Below are positions 60,875-64,000 of a stretch of DNA of 64,000 bases, in pieces. The notes under the pieces were generated by a model. The model searched no databases. It was given only the letters and a program-made list of their open reading frames with translations, and was not told the DNA's origin. This stretch comes from a bacterium. Lineage in GTDB: Bacteria; Zhuqueibacterota; QNDG01; JAFGCO01. The DNA lies in assembly GCA_016932575.1 (NCBI GenBank), contig JAFGCO010000011.1:10851-74850 (forward strand). The letters run 5' to 3'. A program made the translations under genes and the position numbers. Numbering within the stretch: position 1 is the first letter of the stretch; every line of letters begins with the position of its first letter.

Positions 60875-61231
60875 ATGGATAATTATATGGAACAATGTTT
60901 AACATTATTTAAGGCGCTGTCAGATAAAAACAGAATTCGCATTATTAAAATACTTGAAAAACGTCCTCTATGTGTCTGCGAAATCACGACAATTCTGAAT
61001 CTGGCCTGCTCCACGACTTCGAAACATCTCAGTGTTTTAAAAAAAGCCAAACTCATATTTGAGCAAAAAGAAGGCAAATGGGTTAATTATTACCTGAACA
61101 AGGCAACCATGAATCCTTATATTAAAGAATTCTTGCCGATGGTCAAGCGATGGTTGAATGACGACATGATTATTGTTCGAGATCTTCGCAAAGTGGATAA
61201 AATTAATCGAAATGAAATATGCAAATCTTAA
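60875..61231 (+). CDS. arsR: ArsR/SmtB family repressor
   Basis: FKALSD.NRIRI, LCVCEI (CxC box), S.HL.VLK, K.GKWV.Y.L. Confidence 0.93.
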   Translation: MDNYMEQCLTLFKALSDKNRIRIIKILEKRPLCVCEITTILNLACSTTSKHLSVLKKAKLIFEQKEGKWVNYYLNKATMNPYIKEFLPMVKRWLNDDMIIVRDLRKVDKINRNEICKS

Positions 61232-61249
61232 AAATCATACAGGCATTAT

Positions 61250-61271
61250 TATTTCGATATTTATCGAAATA
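61250..61271. promoter_or_regulatory. ArsR operator 2
   Basis: Perfect 10-2-10 inverted repeat TATTTCGATA-TT-TATCGAAATA before the permease gene; same core as operator 1. Confidence 0.8.
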
Positions 61272-61285
61272 TGAGAATAATTTAA

Positions 61286-62587
61286 ATGAATTGGAAACAC
61301 GAATGGAAAAATTTCGGCTGGATGGCAGCTGTTTTTCTGACTGCTTATTTTTTACCTGTTGAAAAAACACGTTTCATCCAGGCCGTTCATGAATCTCTCG
61401 CTCTTGCGAAATGGTATGCACGGGAGCATGTACTCTTATGCCTGGTACCCGCATTCTTTATCGCGGGTGTAATCAGCGTATTCATTAGCCAAGCTGCCGT
61501 GATTAAATATTTCGGCGCAAGAGCGAATAAATGGAAGGCATACCTGATGGCTTCCGCTTCGGGGACGATTCTTGCAGTCTGTTCGTGTACGATACTGCCC
61601 CTTTTTTCCGGTATTCATAAACGGGGTGCCGGATTAGGCCCGGCCATTGCCTTTCTTTATTCCGGCCCTGCAATTAACATCCTCGCAATTATCCTGACAA
61701 CAAGGATTTTAGGGACTGAGCTGGGTATTGCACGTGTTGTCGGTGCGGTCATATTCAGTGTAGCGATTGGTCTGATCATGCATCTGATCTATCGACAAGA
61801 AGAAAAGCAAAAAGCAGACATGCAGCTTTTAATACCTGAGCCAGTAGAGATACGTCCCCTTTGGCAAACGCTCTTCCACTTCTTTATCCTTGTGAGTATT
61901 CTTGTATTTGCGAACTGGGGTAAATCCGGTGAGTCCTCCGGATTTTTGTACAACATCTGGTCCGCCAAATGGGTGATAACAGGATTCTTTGGTGTGTTGC
62001 TCGGCATTTCACTTATCACCATTCTCAAAATACAATGGCAATGGGTGGCGGTCTCTTTTGTTTTTGTGATCCTGGAAGTTCTGCTTATACCGAACAAACC
62101 TTTAATACCCTTTATGACAGGTCTATTGGCGACATCAATCTTAATCAGCCTGCATGAAGGAGAGCCGCATGAGTGGATGGCCGCTACGTGGGGATTTGCC
62201 AAACAGATTTTACCAGTACTGGCTGCCGGAGTTCTTCTCGCCGGTCTCCTTTTGGGATCACCCGAAAGCGGGCAGGGACTTATACCGCCAAAATGGATTT
62301 CGGATCTTGTTGGCGGGAACTCGGTTTTATCAAACTTTTTCGCCTCCGTCACCGGTGCATTTATGTATTTTGCCACTTTGACGGAAGTGCCGATCCTCCA
62401 GGGTCTGATCGCTAACGGTATGGGCAAAGGACCGGCCTTGGCCCTTTTGCTCGCGGGACCGGCGCTTTCCTTACCCAATATGCTGGTCATCCGAAGTGTG
62501 ATCGGCACACAAAAAACCATTGTATTTATTTTGCTGGTCGTGGTGATGGCCACAACCGCCGGTTTGATTTACGGATCTGTATTTTAA
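61286..62587 (+). CDS. arsP: ArsP (DUF318) permease
   Basis: HVLLCLVPAFFIAG, LAVCSCTILP, AFLYSGPAIN, MYFATLTEVP, GPALSLP. Confidence 0.85.
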   Translation: MNWKHEWKNFGWMAAVFLTAYFLPVEKTRFIQAVHESLALAKWYAREHVLLCLVPAFFIAGVISVFISQAAVIKYFGARANKWKAYLMASASGTILAVCSCTILPLFSGIHKRGAGLGPAIAFLYSGPAINILAIILTTRILGTELGIARVVGAVIFSVAIGLIMHLIYRQEEKQKADMQLLIPEPVEIRPLWQTLFHFFILVSILVFANWGKSGESSGFLYNIWSAKWVITGFFGVLLGISLITILKIQWQWVAVSFVFVILEVLLIPNKPLIPFMTGLLATSILISLHEGEPHEWMAATWGFAKQILPVLAAGVLLAGLLLGSPESGQGLIPPKWISDLVGGNSVLSNFFASVTGAFMYFATLTEVPILQGLIANGMGKGPALALLLAGPALSLPNMLVIRSVIGTQKTIVFILLVVVMATTAGLIYGSVF

Positions 62588-62599
62588 TGGAGACTCATC

Positions 62600-62833
62600 A
62601 TGAAAAAACTTCAAATTCTGGGTATGGGCTGTCCCAAATGCCAAAAGCTGAGCGAATTGACTGAACAGGCGGCCAAAAAACTGGGTATCGAGTATGAAAT
62701 TATCAAAGTCACAGACCTGAATGACATCATGAAATTCGGTGTCATGATGACACCCGGTCTGGCCGTTGACGGAGAAGTCAAATTTTCGGGCAAAGTGCCG
62801 ACCTTGGATGAGATAAAAATAATGCTGATGTAG
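62600..62833 (+). CDS. Small redox-active disulfide protein (MTH895/TM0996-type thioredoxin-like)
   Basis: LGMGCPKC, GVMMTPGL.VDG.VK..GKVP. Confidence 0.93.
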   Translation: MKKLQILGMGCPKCQKLSELTEQAAKKLGIEYEIIKVTDLNDIMKFGVMMTPGLAVDGEVKFSGKVPTLDEIKIMLM

Positions 62834-62879
62834 GAGGAATTATGCCCCGTTCAATTTGATTTGCAGTGTCATATAAACT

Positions 62880-63335
62880 ATGGATGAGAATCCAATGTCA
62901 GAAAATCCAAATAAAATCAAGCTCCTCTTTCTCTGTACCGGTAACTCGTGCCGTAGTCAAATGGCAGAAGGATGGACACGTCATCTCAAAAGAGACTGGA
63001 TCGACGTATGGTCCGCAGGTGTGGAACCGCATGGCCTGAATCCATATACGGTTCAAGTGATGGCCGAAGCGGGTGTTGACATTTCTGATTACCGGTCAAA
63101 ACATATCAATGATGTCATGGACATCCCGTTCGATTATGTTGTCACTGTCTGTGACCATGCACGCGAAAGCTGTCCGCTGTTTCCTCGGCCGGTAAAAAAG
63201 ATACACAAAAGCTTCGATGATCCGCCGACTCTGGCGAAACAGGCGGCATCGGAAGAAGAAAAAATAGAAATTTATCGCCGCGTACGCGATAAGATCCGCG
63301 CCTTTATAGAGACTCTGCCGGAAGAACTGAAATGA
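62880..63335 (+). CDS. arsC: Thioredoxin-coupled arsenate reductase (LMW-PTP fold)
   Basis: CTGNSCRSQMAEG; VTVCDHARESCP (resolving Cys pair); FDDP; RVRD.I. Confidence 0.93.
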   Translation: MDENPMSENPNKIKLLFLCTGNSCRSQMAEGWTRHLKRDWIDVWSAGVEPHGLNPYTVQVMAEAGVDISDYRSKHINDVMDIPFDYVVTVCDHARESCPLFPRPVKKIHKSFDDPPTLAKQAASEEEKIEIYRRVRDKIRAFIETLPEELK

Positions 63336-63357
63336 TTGTTCGAGTGCATTCACCATT

Positions 63358-63843
63358 TTGGAGGCTATTATGCTGGTCCAGAAAAGCCGTGAAATGAGTA
63401 TTGTATTGATTATATCTGCTGCCCTGGTGTTTTGCACCTGGTTTCTTTTAGACGGGGAACGCTGGATCGGACCCGGTGTGGTGGTCATGAGTGCGCTGCC
63501 CTTGCTTGCAGCAAAGATCGCAAAACTCAAATTAAAATCACTGATCCCCGATCTGGTGTTTGGTTCCGTAGATACCGGACTGCTTACCATTGGAGCTGTT
63601 ATAGGGGCAACAGGATTCGGAGTTCTTGGAGCCGTTGTGGGAGGCGTTGTCGCTGATGCAATTACAGACGGTATTGCCGGCTTTTTTGAAGGCAGCGCGG
63701 CAGAATGGCTCCGAAGCAAAGGTTTTGAAGAATCAAGAACAGCTTTGGGTTCTGCATGCGGAAAAATGGCCGGATGCCTGCTGGGAAGCGGATGGATGCT
63801 CACGCTCCTTACAATTGCAGGAGTTTCTTTAAGTCAGCTTTGA
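63358..63843 (+). CDS. Gly-rich membrane protein, weakly VIT1/CCC1-like
   Basis: About five TMs; PDLVFGSVDTG and ADAITDG..G motifs; likely ATG 63370 after GGAGG. Confidence 0.6.
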   Translation: MEAIMLVQKSREMSIVLIISAALVFCTWFLLDGERWIGPGVVVMSALPLLAAKIAKLKLKSLIPDLVFGSVDTGLLTIGAVIGATGFGVLGAVVGGVVADAITDGIAGFFEGSAAEWLRSKGFEESRTALGSACGKMAGCLLGSGWMLTLLTIAGVSLSQL

Positions 63844-63877
63844 AATAAAATACCCTATATTCAATTCTGGCTGAAAG

Positions 63878-64000
63878 TTAAAAATCATCTTTTACATTCA
63901 CAAAACTGAATGGATACTGCTTTTTCAAATTACGGATATATGCTTCATCTTCCCGCACTCTCTCATGGAGACTGCTAAATGGCCATTCCTCTGCATTTTC
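63878..64000 (-). mobile_element. 3' end of a probable REP-associated tyrosine transposase (RAYT/Y1) gene, 5' part outside the window
   Basis: Hand translation ENAEEWPFSSLHERVREDEAYIRNLKKQYPFSFVNVKDDF-stop. The xxWPFSS motif follows NPVKHG in RAYTs; the catalytic motifs are not visible here. Confidence 0.5.

Noticed and set aside
61789..63803. Long antisense ORFs (254 aa and 235 aa), and similar ones at 2929-3774, 4276-4959 and 11216-11878
   Set aside because: They lie opposite well-supported genes and show no recognisable motifs or RBS.
1..64000. tRNA, rRNA, riboswitch, CRISPR or prophage genes
   Set aside because: None was recognised by eye; an Infernal/tRNAscan run on the spacers (1392-2088, 16478-17190, 19976-20470) would be needed to exclude small RNAs.

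Overview
This is bacterial chromosomal DNA from a diderm. YPNPFN/FlgD-Ig secretion tails, a PorV-like barrel, Shine-Dalgarno use and canonical TTGACA/TATATT promoters suggest an FCB-group non-Bacteroidota organism such as KSB1 or Calditrichota (inference). I saw no rRNA, tRNA, CRISPR array or prophage. Main content: (i) a 3'-truncated MelB/GPH-family MFS sugar symporter, missing from the ORF track, with a whole LamG/ConA-like domain inserted in its periplasmic TM3-TM4 loop. (ii) An exopolysaccharide operon behind a near-consensus sigma54 promoter: a 1706-aa [GH barrel-GATase-like]-DUF2334 deacetylase-[GATase-like-GH barrel] fusion, a Bacillus YdaM/Listeria PssC-like processive GT2, an internally duplicated outer-membrane beta-barrel, an 8-bladed Ca-binding propeller protein and wecB. 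This looks like a Gram-negative version of the Yda/Pss ManNAc-polymer system. (iii) A sigma54-preceded YfiR - YfiN-like-sensor HisKA_2 kinase - hybrid kinase operon. (iv) A multi-PAS kinase/NtrC pair followed by a sigma54 promoter and a ~16 kb chemosensory operon, in which a TonB-dependent receptor and a YfiR-like gene sit directly before an MCP carrying a YfiN-like sensor domain. This operon also has a His-less pseudokinase and a CheX lacking its catalytic Asn. (v) Assorted hydrolases (SGNH, amidohydrolase, GH3, sulfatase), an MrfA-like helicase, an arsR-arsP-trx-arsC operon with two palindromic operators, and the 3' end of a probable RAYT transposase. All family calls come from motif recognition by eye; no database search was run.
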